Below are positions 32,075 through 40,153 of a stretch of 41,054 bases of DNA, one piece after another. The stretch is taken from the IMG/VR virus record IMGVR_UViG_3300005573_000022, positions 1 through 41,054 of that record; one strand, given 5' to 3'. The position numbers and the translations under genes were made by a program. Every line of letters begins with the position of its first letter. Within the stretch, counting starts at the first letter, position 1. The stretch is from a virus. Below the pieces are notes generated by a model. That model was not told the origin of the DNA, did no database searches, and saw nothing but the letters and a program-made list of their open reading frames with translations.

Positions 32075-32389
32075 ATGGCAAATAGATATAAACTTTTACA
32101 CAGGCCAATAAATTTAGGTAAAAAAATTAAGATGGGGTATGTATGTATTGCAATTTTGCAAAATTGTCTTATCAATGAGAAGAAGTGGATGTTTGTAATT
32201 GGGAAACCAATAGATGAAGAAAATTGGGAGTATTATCCTGTTGATAAAAGAAATTGGCAAAATCAAAGTATATTAGAACAAATAATACTTGTATTAACGC
32301 CTCGAGATTGGGTTGAAATATTAGAAATAACAGAAAAATTTGATAAAATATTCAAAGAAAGGCAGGCGAGAGAGGTAGAAGATGAGTAA
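32075..32389 (+). CDS. Hypothetical protein, 104 aa
   Basis: ORF in the operon. Confidence 0.45.
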   Translation: MANRYKLLHRPINLGKKIKMGYVCIAILQNCLINEKKWMFVIGKPIDEENWEYYPVDKRNWQNQSILEQIILVLTPRDWVEILEITEKFDKIFKERQAREVEDE

Positions 32390-32648
32390 GATAAAAGAGA
32401 TAATAAAACGAAATCATAAGTGTAGAATAATACCGCCCGAAGATGCTGAGATAGATTTTGATATAGATAAAACAGAAGCCGAGATTGAAGCCGAATTTCA
32501 AAAGAGAAAAGAAGAATGGAAGAAGGAATTATTGGAGAAGTTGCCGAGTAAAGAAAATCTCTATAAAGAAGGAACAAAAGAATGGGAACGGATAGAAGGA
32601 TTTTATGATTGTCTTTTCAAAATCAAAAAACTTATAGAGGGGGCATAA
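32382..32648 (+). CDS. Hypothetical acidic protein, 88 aa
   Basis: ORF in the operon. Confidence 0.45.
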   Translation: MSKIKEIIKRNHKCRIIPPEDAEIDFDIDKTEAEIEAEFQKRKEEWKKELLEKLPSKENLYKEGTKEWERIEGFYDCLFKIKKLIEGA

Positions 32649-32649
32649 A

Positions 32650-32847
32650 ATGGATAAAACAGACGGAGTTATAATAAAACTTGACCCTTCAAAAAAGTAT
32701 ATCTTTATCATAGACCCTACTTCTCCACTTGTGAGTAGGATTGAACGGTCTAAAATGGTTTTATATATAAATCCGCAAGACATAAAAGTTATTGAGACTG
32801 AAAATGAAATATATATAAAAGTTATAAATAAAAAGACAGGTGAGTAA
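32650..32847 (+). CDS. Hypothetical protein, 65 aa
   Basis: ORF in the operon. Confidence 0.45.
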   Translation: MDKTDGVIIKLDPSKKYIFIIDPTSPLVSRIERSKMVLYINPQDIKVIETENEIYIKVINKKTGE

Positions 32848-32850
32848 AAA

Positions 32851-33078
32851 ATGCGAGATATTAATTTAAAGGTTAGAGATGGCATAGACATTTTAGGTGT
32901 ATTTGCAGTTATTGACGGAAAGTTGTATGCTGAATACGATGAGTGTGATTTTAAAGAAGAAAATTCTACAAATTCTAAATGTAGAAAAGCAATAGCGCAA
33001 ACTTTACTTAACGCATTAGAATTGACTATAAAGTCGGGATTGAGAGTTAGCAAAATACAATATGTAAAAAAAGAATAA
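32851..33078 (+). CDS. Hypothetical protein, 75 aa
   Basis: ORF in the operon. Confidence 0.45.
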   Translation: MRDINLKVRDGIDILGVFAVIDGKLYAEYDECDFKEENSTNSKCRKAIAQTLLNALELTIKSGLRVSKIQYVKKE

Positions 33079-33120
33079 AAAATAGGAAGAAAGCAATAAA
33101 ACTATTAAGAAGTTAACAAG

Positions 33121-33255
33121 ATGATTAAAATCATTGGAATAATTATAATTTTAGATGGAATTTTAAGTATTCTTTTTGCTTTTGAGCCCAGATTTCTTTG
33201 GCAGATGGGTAGATTGCTAAGAATTTTTTTAGGAATTTTACTTTTACTTGTTTAA
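33121..33255 (+). CDS. 44-aa membrane micro-protein
   Basis: Own translation: MIKIIGIIIILDGILSILFAFEPRFLWQMGRLLRIFLGILLLLV. Confidence 0.35.
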   Translation: MIKIIGIIIILDGILSILFAFEPRFLWQMGRLLRIFLGILLLLV

Positions 33256-33266
33256 AGGAGGTCAAA

Positions 33267-33737
33267 ATGAACATTAACAAAATCAAAAAAGAAATTTTAA
33301 AAGGTTATAATAGTATTCCTTTAGGAGTTGAAAAAATAAAATGGGATACAGGAATTTATGTTTATAAAAATGAAAAATACAGATTTAAAGAATATGCTTT
33401 TTATTTTCCGTATTATTTAGACAAAGAAGACTTACGGGAAGTTGGAAAAAATATGAAAAGATTAGAAATTTATCTTACTTATGATTTTGAAGGATTTTTT
33501 GACCCTATAGTTTTTCACGGTGAAGTATATCCTATTACAAAATTATTATCAAAATTAGAACAATTTCGGATTGAAGTGCCTATGAAAAGAGATGAAAAAA
33601 ATGAAAACGAAAGAGTAATAAATCCCAATCATAAAATTATTTTTGTAGAAAGAGTGCCTTTAGAAATAGGGAAAGAATCGGTATGTAATATTGGAATGTG
33701 CGAAATTTATACAAGATTTTTAGTTATTATAGATTAA
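33267..33737 (+). CDS. Hypothetical protein, 156 aa (last plus-strand gene)
   Basis: AAGGAGG SD. Its stop overlaps the stop of the convergent ATP-grasp gene. Confidence 0.5.
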   Translation: MNINKIKKEILKGYNSIPLGVEKIKWDTGIYVYKNEKYRFKEYAFYFPYYLDKEDLREVGKNMKRLEIYLTYDFEGFFDPIVFHGEVYPITKLLSKLEQFRIEVPMKRDEKNENERVINPNHKIIFVERVPLEIGKESVCNIGMCEIYTRFLVIID

Positions 33738-34981
33738 AAATTTATTCCTACCTTTTTACCTTTCTCAATAATCTCTTTTATTTTAATTAGTCCGTTGATA
33801 GTATCAGTTTCTAATCCATATCCAGATATTTTTTCGGAATACTTCTCTAAATTATCAACAACTTCTTCTATTGAATTCCCGCCATAAACTACAACTGCTA
33901 CCGTAGGGTTTCCTTTAACCGCAAAATATTCTTTGTTAGAAGAACCCGCAACTGATATAAATCTAATATATTCTCTATCTTTTTTATCGACTATCAATTT
34001 GACCCAGTTTTTCTCAGCGTGAGAACAATGGATAGGAACTGCACCTACATATTTATAAGGAATATCTAACTTAACAGATTGTTTTAAACCAATTTTATAT
34101 ATTACTTCTGGCCAATTTTTTATAATAACTGGATATAAATGACCTAAAGGATTAGGAAGCCTTGCACAAAAATCTAAAAAATAATGTTCTTTTTCTGATA
34201 AAACTTTTTCTTCAGTAGATAAAGCGCCTCTATAATCCATTTCTTTTAAGACTGGTCTTAATTTTTCTAAAGTCTCTTTTAAAGGATAAGGTAAATCTTC
34301 AAATTTTTCACAGACTTTTCCTAAGTAGCACGCCTTTGAATATTCATAACCGTATATAATGGGAGAAACATAATCTTCTCCCCAGAAGAAAGTATCAACT
34401 CCAGGCTCTACATCGGTATCTATATAATCTTCAACGATAAAATCATAATCTTCTTTAAAAGGACCTAACATCGAAGCAATTTCGTCAAACAATAATTCTG
34501 AAGATTTATAATCTTTAGCGTGAAATGAGGAAATATCGTGTCTAAATATATCAAATTTTATATATTTATTAGGATTTTCTTTAATATATTCTTTTAAAGC
34601 GGATAAACCAGTAATTTTAACCGTCTCTTGAACAGGAAGATTTATTTCACTAAGCATTTGTTTTAAAGACCATCTCTCATTCTCAAGCATTTCTCCAATA
34701 CCAGAACCAAAAATAGATTTATCAGGATATTGTTTTTTTAAAAAGACAATTAAATCGTTAAAATGAACATCGAAATTTACTATACAATCAGCTTCTTCGA
34801 TATAGTCAAAAAAATATAAAATCTTTTCTAAATGTTCAAAATCTTTACCAATGGCATAATCTTGGAATTTAGGAAAAGCGGTTTGCCAAGGAGTGTAATA
34901 ATAGACTTTATTTTTACCGTTATCACTTAAAGCGTTTGCTTCTTCAACGAATAATCCTAAATCTAAAACTAAAAATTTCAT
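33734..34981 (-). CDS. ATP-grasp fold ligase, PurD-like layout (415 aa)
   Basis: By-eye colinearity with PurD: 'MKFLVLDLG', 'IFGSGIGEMLENERWSLKQMLSEINLPV', 'KYIKFD', 'FIVEDYID', 'HYFLDFCARLPNP' (PurD: IFGP..LEGSKAF.K.F....IP / VIKAD / IEEFL.G / VIEFNCRFGDPE). Confidence 0.6.
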   Translation of the reverse strand: MKFLVLDLGLFVEEANALSDNGKNKVYYYTPWQTAFPKFQDYAIGKDFEHLEKILYFFDYIEEADCIVNFDVHFNDLIVFLKKQYPDKSIFGSGIGEMLENERWSLKQMLSEINLPVQETVKITGLSALKEYIKENPNKYIKFDIFRHDISSFHAKDYKSSELLFDEIASMLGPFKEDYDFIVEDYIDTDVEPGVDTFFWGEDYVSPIIYGYEYSKACYLGKVCEKFEDLPYPLKETLEKLRPVLKEMDYRGALSTEEKVLSEKEHYFLDFCARLPNPLGHLYPVIIKNWPEVIYKIGLKQSVKLDIPYKYVGAVPIHCSHAEKNWVKLIVDKKDREYIRFISVAGSSNKEYFAVKGNPTVAVVVYGGNSIEEVVDNLEKYSEKISGYGLETDTINGLIKIKEIIEKGKKVGINF

Positions 34982-35085
34982 TCGTCTTCCTCGTATCCTT
35001 CTTCTTTATCCTTTTCATTTTCTTCAGTTAAAAGGAAAAAAAGAAAAACCATAAAAAGAAATATTGAAGCGGTTAAAGAACTCAT
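34978..35085 (-). CDS. 35-aa micro-protein: hydrophobic helix plus hyper-acidic C-terminal tail
   Basis: Own translation: MSSLTASIFLFMVFLFFLLTEENEKDKEEGYEEDE. ATGA overlaps at both ends link it to the 637-aa gene and to the ATP-grasp gene. Confidence 0.45.
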   Translation of the reverse strand: MSSLTASIFLFMVFLFFLLTEENEKDKEEGYEEDE

Positions 35086-36995
35086 TCTCTTTTTTGTAAA
35101 TATCTAATAACTTGTTCTTCCGTTGGTCTTATTGTAGTTAATTGTTGCCAAGGATATCTTAATAATCCCGCCGTTCTTAATAAAGTTTTATAAGTTGCTG
35201 GTAAAGTTCCTAAAACCATTATACCGCCACCTAAAGGACCAGCTAAACTTGTGCCAAATATCATAGATGCTAACATATTTAAAGCACGACCTCTAAATAT
35301 ATGTGGGTCTGTAAGTCTCCAAGATTGTGCTGCTAAAAATTTTCTAATATCATTAAATAATTCCGGGTCAGTATTTTCTAATCTCTGTCTTAAAATAGAA
35401 CCAGGCTCTATAATATTTCTTAATCTTTTTACTAATTCATCAGCCCCTACTGCTTCCCAATAACCTTTTCTTGTAGGATTAGTCACAATATTTTTCCTAA
35501 TTAAATTAGAATCTTTCATAAACTCGTGATAATTTCTTTTGGCTTGTTGATATTGTTGTGCTAATCTTGGACTTTTTGCAGAAATTGCTTGCGTAATAAG
35601 ATTTCCTAAAGAATTATAAATATCCCATAGCATATTCTCATATCTTGATATATCTTCACCACGATGACTTTCTAATTTATTAGCGATAGATTCCATCGTA
35701 AGTTTAGCTTGATTAATATTTTTAATATTTACTAATCTATCAAAAGTTCTCATTAAATATTTTGTTATACTTGTAGTAGCTTCTTCATCTAAATCAATCT
35801 TAAAAAGTTTTGATAATTCTCTTTGTGATAAAGGTCTTTCTGCCGCTTGTGCTACTTTTCTTAACTGTGCTATTTCTACTGGAGATAATAATCCTACTGC
35901 TTCTAAGTTTGTTTGTAAATTTTCAGCTAAAGGTCTAACATCAATAGGTTCTTGTCTAAATTGGTCTAAAATTTTAGAAACTCTTTCTCCTAATTCAGTC
36001 TTTGTTTTTTGTAAAGTTTCTAATATATTAGGAATTATTTTTCTTGCAGTTTGTGGATTTCTATTTATAGGAGTATCAACATTTTCTATTCCAAATTCAT
36101 AAGTAGTATCAATATCTTCTTTTGGCATTCTTGAAGCAAATTGCGCAATCATACTAAAAATATTTTTAGGATATTTTTCTAAATTTTTTATAAAAGACCT
36201 TGTATAAGTTTCTATTTTTCCCATTGGCCTTTCTCCAACGTAAGGAGCACGTTCTGCGGTTGCTAACTCTGATTTAGTTAAAGGTCTTTCGGGATATAAT
36301 CCTCCTAAGCCTGCTCCAATTAAAGTTTGTGAAATAGTTTCTTCTTTAGGAGGAGTTTCTCCAAAAAGTTTTGGAATTTGCGCCGTCGTTCCTGCTACTG
36401 CCCCCATTCCTGCTGCAGTCATCGGTCTTGCTAACCATTGAGTAGGTGCTAATCTACCAATTCTTGCACCAGCGTGCCATAAAGGATAAGTAGCCCCAGA
36501 AAGTAAAGCAGATGGTAAAGTTTGTATAGGATGCCCTTCTAAAGTTCCTCTAAGTTGAGTATAGCCTCCGATTCCTAACATTCCTGATATAATAGGTCTT
36601 AAACCTAAAGCTCTTAATGCACCAATTCCTCCAGCAATAAAAGGTAAATCTCTTCCTGCTTGTGTAAGACCTACGGTTAAATATTCAGGTAAAGTTTTAG
36701 GTTTTTCTGCCTCCGCTTCTCTTAAAATTCTTTCTGCATATTGTTCTCTTGTTTCTCCAGGTCGTCTAACTGCAGGACCAGCCATAGTCCAGTATAAACC
36801 TTTTCTTAACCAACGAGGATAAAGTTCTGCTAAAGATTCTGCTCCCATTATTGCTAAACGCCAAGGGTCTAATGGTTGTTCTACAGTTTCATTCCAAATA
36901 TTATCTAAAGAACGCCTTTCACTTGTAATTTTAGGAGTTAAACCTATTGTTTCGTTATATATATCATCTAATGACCTTTGTGGCATTTTTACCAC
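35082..36995 (-). CDS. Internal virion / DNA-ejection-type protein with glycine-zipper membrane segments (637 aa)
   Basis: Hydrophobic Gly/Ala-rich stretches (FIAGGIGALRALGL..ISGMLGIGGY; AAGMGAVAGTTA). N-terminal duplicated decapeptide RSLDDIYNET / RSLDNIWNET. Positional analogy to podovirus core proteins. Confidence 0.4.
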   Translation of the reverse strand: MVKMPQRSLDDIYNETIGLTPKITSERRSLDNIWNETVEQPLDPWRLAIMGAESLAELYPRWLRKGLYWTMAGPAVRRPGETREQYAERILREAEAEKPKTLPEYLTVGLTQAGRDLPFIAGGIGALRALGLRPIISGMLGIGGYTQLRGTLEGHPIQTLPSALLSGATYPLWHAGARIGRLAPTQWLARPMTAAGMGAVAGTTAQIPKLFGETPPKEETISQTLIGAGLGGLYPERPLTKSELATAERAPYVGERPMGKIETYTRSFIKNLEKYPKNIFSMIAQFASRMPKEDIDTTYEFGIENVDTPINRNPQTARKIIPNILETLQKTKTELGERVSKILDQFRQEPIDVRPLAENLQTNLEAVGLLSPVEIAQLRKVAQAAERPLSQRELSKLFKIDLDEEATTSITKYLMRTFDRLVNIKNINQAKLTMESIANKLESHRGEDISRYENMLWDIYNSLGNLITQAISAKSPRLAQQYQQAKRNYHEFMKDSNLIRKNIVTNPTRKGYWEAVGADELVKRLRNIIEPGSILRQRLENTDPELFNDIRKFLAAQSWRLTDPHIFRGRALNMLASMIFGTSLAGPLGGGIMVLGTLPATYKTLLRTAGLLRYPWQQLTTIRPTEEQVIRYLQKRE

Positions 36996-37681
36996 CCTTT
37001 CTTTTGTAGATAAGCTATAATTTCGTCATCAGACCAACCTTCTGCTTTCGCTTTTCTTACAAATTCTTGCAATTGAGGATTAATTTGTTGTGCAGGTATA
37101 ACGCCAGAACCTGCAGTTGGATATGGAACTCCAGTCGCTCTTGAAATTTCTGATAAAATTTCTTCTCTGGAAGGATGTGTAAATATACCCATTAATCTTT
37201 GAAATAAGGGAAATCTACTTTCTATTTGTCTTTCTGCTAATTTTTCTACAGGTATTGCTTTTCCTCCTTTACCAACTCCTCCATATAATCTTTGATAAGT
37301 TTCTACTGCTTTAGCCCAAGGGTCTATAGTTTCTTTAGGAGTTATAGGTTCTATTGTAGTAGAAACCCTTCCTTGTTCATCAACTTTATAAGAAACTTTA
37401 TATTGTCCACTTTGAATAATATCTTTCAATTGTTCTAAAGATGTAGTAGGTTTTGTCCATTCACCTAAACCTATTTGTTGTAAAAATCCAGCGGGAGGTT
37501 GATATCCAGCACTAATCATAGAACCCATCATTCCCATCTGAAGTTGTCTTAAATATTGTTCCTGTTGTTGTCTTCTTGCCAAAGTATAATTTAAAAAATT
37601 AGTTAAAACATCATTTAAAGGAGAAAATCTTCCTCCGGTTTGATAACCGGTTAAAAATCCTCTACTAATTTGTCCATCCAT
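36989..37681 (-). CDS. Internal virion protein candidate, 230 aa
   Basis: ORF overlapping both large neighbours. Gln/Gly-rich N-terminus. Confidence 0.35.
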   Translation of the reverse strand: MDGQISRGFLTGYQTGGRFSPLNDVLTNFLNYTLARRQQQEQYLRQLQMGMMGSMISAGYQPPAGFLQQIGLGEWTKPTTSLEQLKDIIQSGQYKVSYKVDEQGRVSTTIEPITPKETIDPWAKAVETYQRLYGGVGKGGKAIPVEKLAERQIESRFPLFQRLMGIFTHPSREEILSEISRATGVPYPTAGSGVIPAQQINPQLQEFVRKAKAEGWSDDEIIAYLQKKGW

Positions 37682-37693
37682 ATTTGTCCTCCT

Positions 37694-39526
37694 TTAAAAT
37701 AATAATCTACCACCAGCAACAGGACTTAATGCTCCAGTTCCTGCTAACATAAGTCCTAAACCAGCAGTTCCAAAAAGTTGTCTTAAAGATTGAACATTAG
37801 CAACATCAACTCCATATTTCATTGCCGCTTGTTCTACAGAAAGACCAGTTAAACCTACCAATTCTTGTAAAGTATTTTGGTCTATTCCTGTTGCTTGTTG
37901 TAATGCCATTAAACGCGTATTAATTTCTTCAGTTCTTCTTTGAACTCCAAATTGCGCAAGAAAATCTTCTTTATCTTTTTGAATTTGTTCTTCCCAATCT
38001 CTTAATGCTTGTAAATGTTCAGAAGAATAAGGAGAGCCAAATTGAGTATAATAATCAGTTATCCGTTTTCTTCCTTCTTCTGCCGCTTCATCCATTTGCC
38101 TTAAAACTGATTGTATATAAGGGTCAGAAGTGACATCAGGATAAACTTGACCAAATGGAGAAGTTAAAATTCTTTGAAGTTCTTTTTGAGCAGTTTGACC
38201 AATCGGAGTTAAATATCCTTGTCTTACAGTTTGTAAAGTTTGTGATAATTCTTCCGGCATTTTAAATTGTGGAGTAGGAAGTAAAGCACCCATTCCACTA
38301 ATTGCTAATCCAGGTAGTGCTCCTCTTAAACCTGATAAAATTCCCGCTCCTGCTGTAGTTGCCCCTGTAGACATAGCACCTAAACCAGTCGCCACTGGAG
38401 TTGCGGTTAAACCTCCTGCCCCTCCAGTAATTGTATAAGGAACTCCACCGAAAGTGACTTGTGTCCCTAATCCGGAAGCACCTGCTAAACCTCTCGCTCC
38501 CGCAGTAGTTCCTAAAAGACCTCCTAAAAATTCTCCTCGCGGAGTTATTCTAAAAATATTACTAATACCTGAACCTATTCTTTGACCTAAAGTCGCGCCT
38601 TGACCTGCAGCGCCAAAACCACTTATAAATCTACTTCCTGCATAAGGTAACGCCGCTAATGCTATTTCTGAAGGTTGAGCTTCCCCTCTTTGCACTGCTC
38701 TTGCAGTAGTTCCTACTGCAGTTGCTAAAGCAGGTAATTGCCAAGGTCCCGGTATTGCCGATGCAATAGTAGCTAAAGGTCTGATAATTTGTCTTGCTCT
38801 TTTCCCGCCTTTAACTTTTTTTGCTTCACTATCAGTTATTACATATTCAGGAATTAAAGTAGGTGATAAAACATAAACCTCATCTGGTAAAATTGATAAA
38901 TCAACTCCATTTTCATCTTCCCAGACTTCAAAATGGTGATTATAGTGAATAATATAAGGAAATGGTAATTTATTTAGTTCTGTTTTAGGAATTCTCATAG
39001 GATACAACAAAAATTCATTATCTTGCGCTATCTTACATAAAGTATCTAAAGATATTTTGTTAGTTCTTCCATTAAGACTTCCTACTAACTGGTCAAAAGC
39101 CAAAATTCCGCAATTGTTTTTCATTTCATTATACCTCCTTTTTGAAATTTTAAATTGATTTCTTTTATTTATCCAAAGCCCTAAATCTATATCTTTTTCT
39201 TTCATTTCAAGTTTTCTTACTAAATCACTTATCTTACAATTATTATTTTTAACTAACAAATCTATATATACCAAATCCCCATCAGTATAATTTTTAGGCA
39301 ATTCCCAAGTTTGATAAAGTTTTAAAATTTCTTCAATATCATTTTCAGTAATTTTATAATAAGTTAAATATCCATCAATAGAACCATTATTAGAATAAAC
39401 TATAACTTGCTTTTTATCCATTAAATTCTTCAAATAACTATAAAACTCATCTAAAGGATATGGCTCTATATTTTTACAATGTTTTATAGTAAAAAGTATT
39501 AAATCGTTAATAGAAAACTCTTTCAT
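37694..39526 (-). CDS. Multidomain virion protein: acyltransferase-like N-domain, C39-like cysteine-peptidase domain, Gly/Ala-rich membrane-active region, helical C-terminus (610 aa)
   Basis: 'NNCGILAFDQLVG' (Cys site) and 'FPYIIHYNHHFEVWED...LPDE' (His/Asp) fit the C39 papain-like pattern. The first 130 aa or so loosely parallel HlyC-type acyltransferases. Long GxxxG/A-rich tract between about aa 250 and 410. Confidence 0.45.
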   Translation of the reverse strand: MKEFSINDLILFTIKHCKNIEPYPLDEFYSYLKNLMDKKQVIVYSNNGSIDGYLTYYKITENDIEEILKLYQTWELPKNYTDGDLVYIDLLVKNNNCKISDLVRKLEMKEKDIDLGLWINKRNQFKISKRRYNEMKNNCGILAFDQLVGSLNGRTNKISLDTLCKIAQDNEFLLYPMRIPKTELNKLPFPYIIHYNHHFEVWEDENGVDLSILPDEVYVLSPTLIPEYVITDSEAKKVKGGKRARQIIRPLATIASAIPGPWQLPALATAVGTTARAVQRGEAQPSEIALAALPYAGSRFISGFGAAGQGATLGQRIGSGISNIFRITPRGEFLGGLLGTTAGARGLAGASGLGTQVTFGGVPYTITGGAGGLTATPVATGLGAMSTGATTAGAGILSGLRGALPGLAISGMGALLPTPQFKMPEELSQTLQTVRQGYLTPIGQTAQKELQRILTSPFGQVYPDVTSDPYIQSVLRQMDEAAEEGRKRITDYYTQFGSPYSSEHLQALRDWEEQIQKDKEDFLAQFGVQRRTEEINTRLMALQQATGIDQNTLQELVGLTGLSVEQAAMKYGVDVANVQSLRQLFGTAGLGLMLAGTGALSPVAGGRLLF

Positions 39527-39921
39527 ATTCCTAATAAAACTAAAGCAATTATCATAACTAAATTAAACAAAACAAATATCGTCAATCTTGTAGCCCAATT
39601 TGCGGATTTATAAGGCAAAAACTTAAGATAAAATCTTCCTAATGCTGAACCTTTATCGGTTTTATCTGGCATACCATAGCCAATAGAAACTACCCCACAA
39701 AGAAAAGGAATAACTAAAAATAGCCAAATATTTATAAAAGATAAACTAATCCCTACAACTAAAGGAACACCTAATCTTCTAAATAATTTCTTCCCTGCAC
39801 CACCTATTGCCCATAAAAAAGCACAAATAATACCTGGTATAACCGCTAACCAACTAATTAAAGGCCAAGTAGAACTTCCATACAAAAACCCACATAAAAT
39901 CTCTTCTTTATTTAATTTCAT
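39523..39921 (-). CDS. Four-TM integral membrane protein, 132 aa
   Basis: Four hydrophobic segments. ATGA overlap with the 610-aa gene. Confidence 0.5.
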   Translation of the reverse strand: MKLNKEEILCGFLYGSSTWPLISWLAVIPGIICAFLWAIGGAGKKLFRRLGVPLVVGISLSFINIWLFLVIPFLCGVVSIGYGMPDKTDKGSALGRFYLKFLPYKSANWATRLTIFVLFNLVMIIALVLLGI

Positions 39922-39964
39922 TTTATTATCGCCTCTATCTCCTCATCAGTTAAACCTAAAGTTT

Positions 39965-40147
39965 TTAATTTTGCGATGGTTTTTCTTTTACAAACTCTCC
40001 ATCTATATATTTATCTCCTATCGCAGCAATATCAGATTGAACTAACTCCACTCCTTCTTCAGGATATTGATAAGGAGTTTTACCATCCCATTCTATTATG
40101 TTTATTACTATTCCGTTTTTTATGACTGCATATTTCATAATCATCAC
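39965..40147 (-). CDS. Small protein commonly seen next to fibre genes (60 aa; possible fibre chaperone)
   Basis: 'YAVIKNGIVINIIEWDG...P.EGVELVQSD..AIGDKYIDGEF' matches a small-protein pattern I recall downstream of phage fibres. Confidence 0.4.
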   Translation of the reverse strand: MMIMKYAVIKNGIVINIIEWDGKTPYQYPEEGVELVQSDIAAIGDKYIDGEFVKEKPSQN

Positions 40148-40153
40148 CTTTAA

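Noticed and set aside
32263-33053. Minus-strand ORFs 32263-32577 and 32529-33053 antisense to the early small-gene run
   Set aside because: The translations are Ser/Leu/Phe/Ile-rich and typical of the antisense of Lys/Glu-rich genes. The plus-strand ORFs are tightly packed with SDs and start/stop overlaps.
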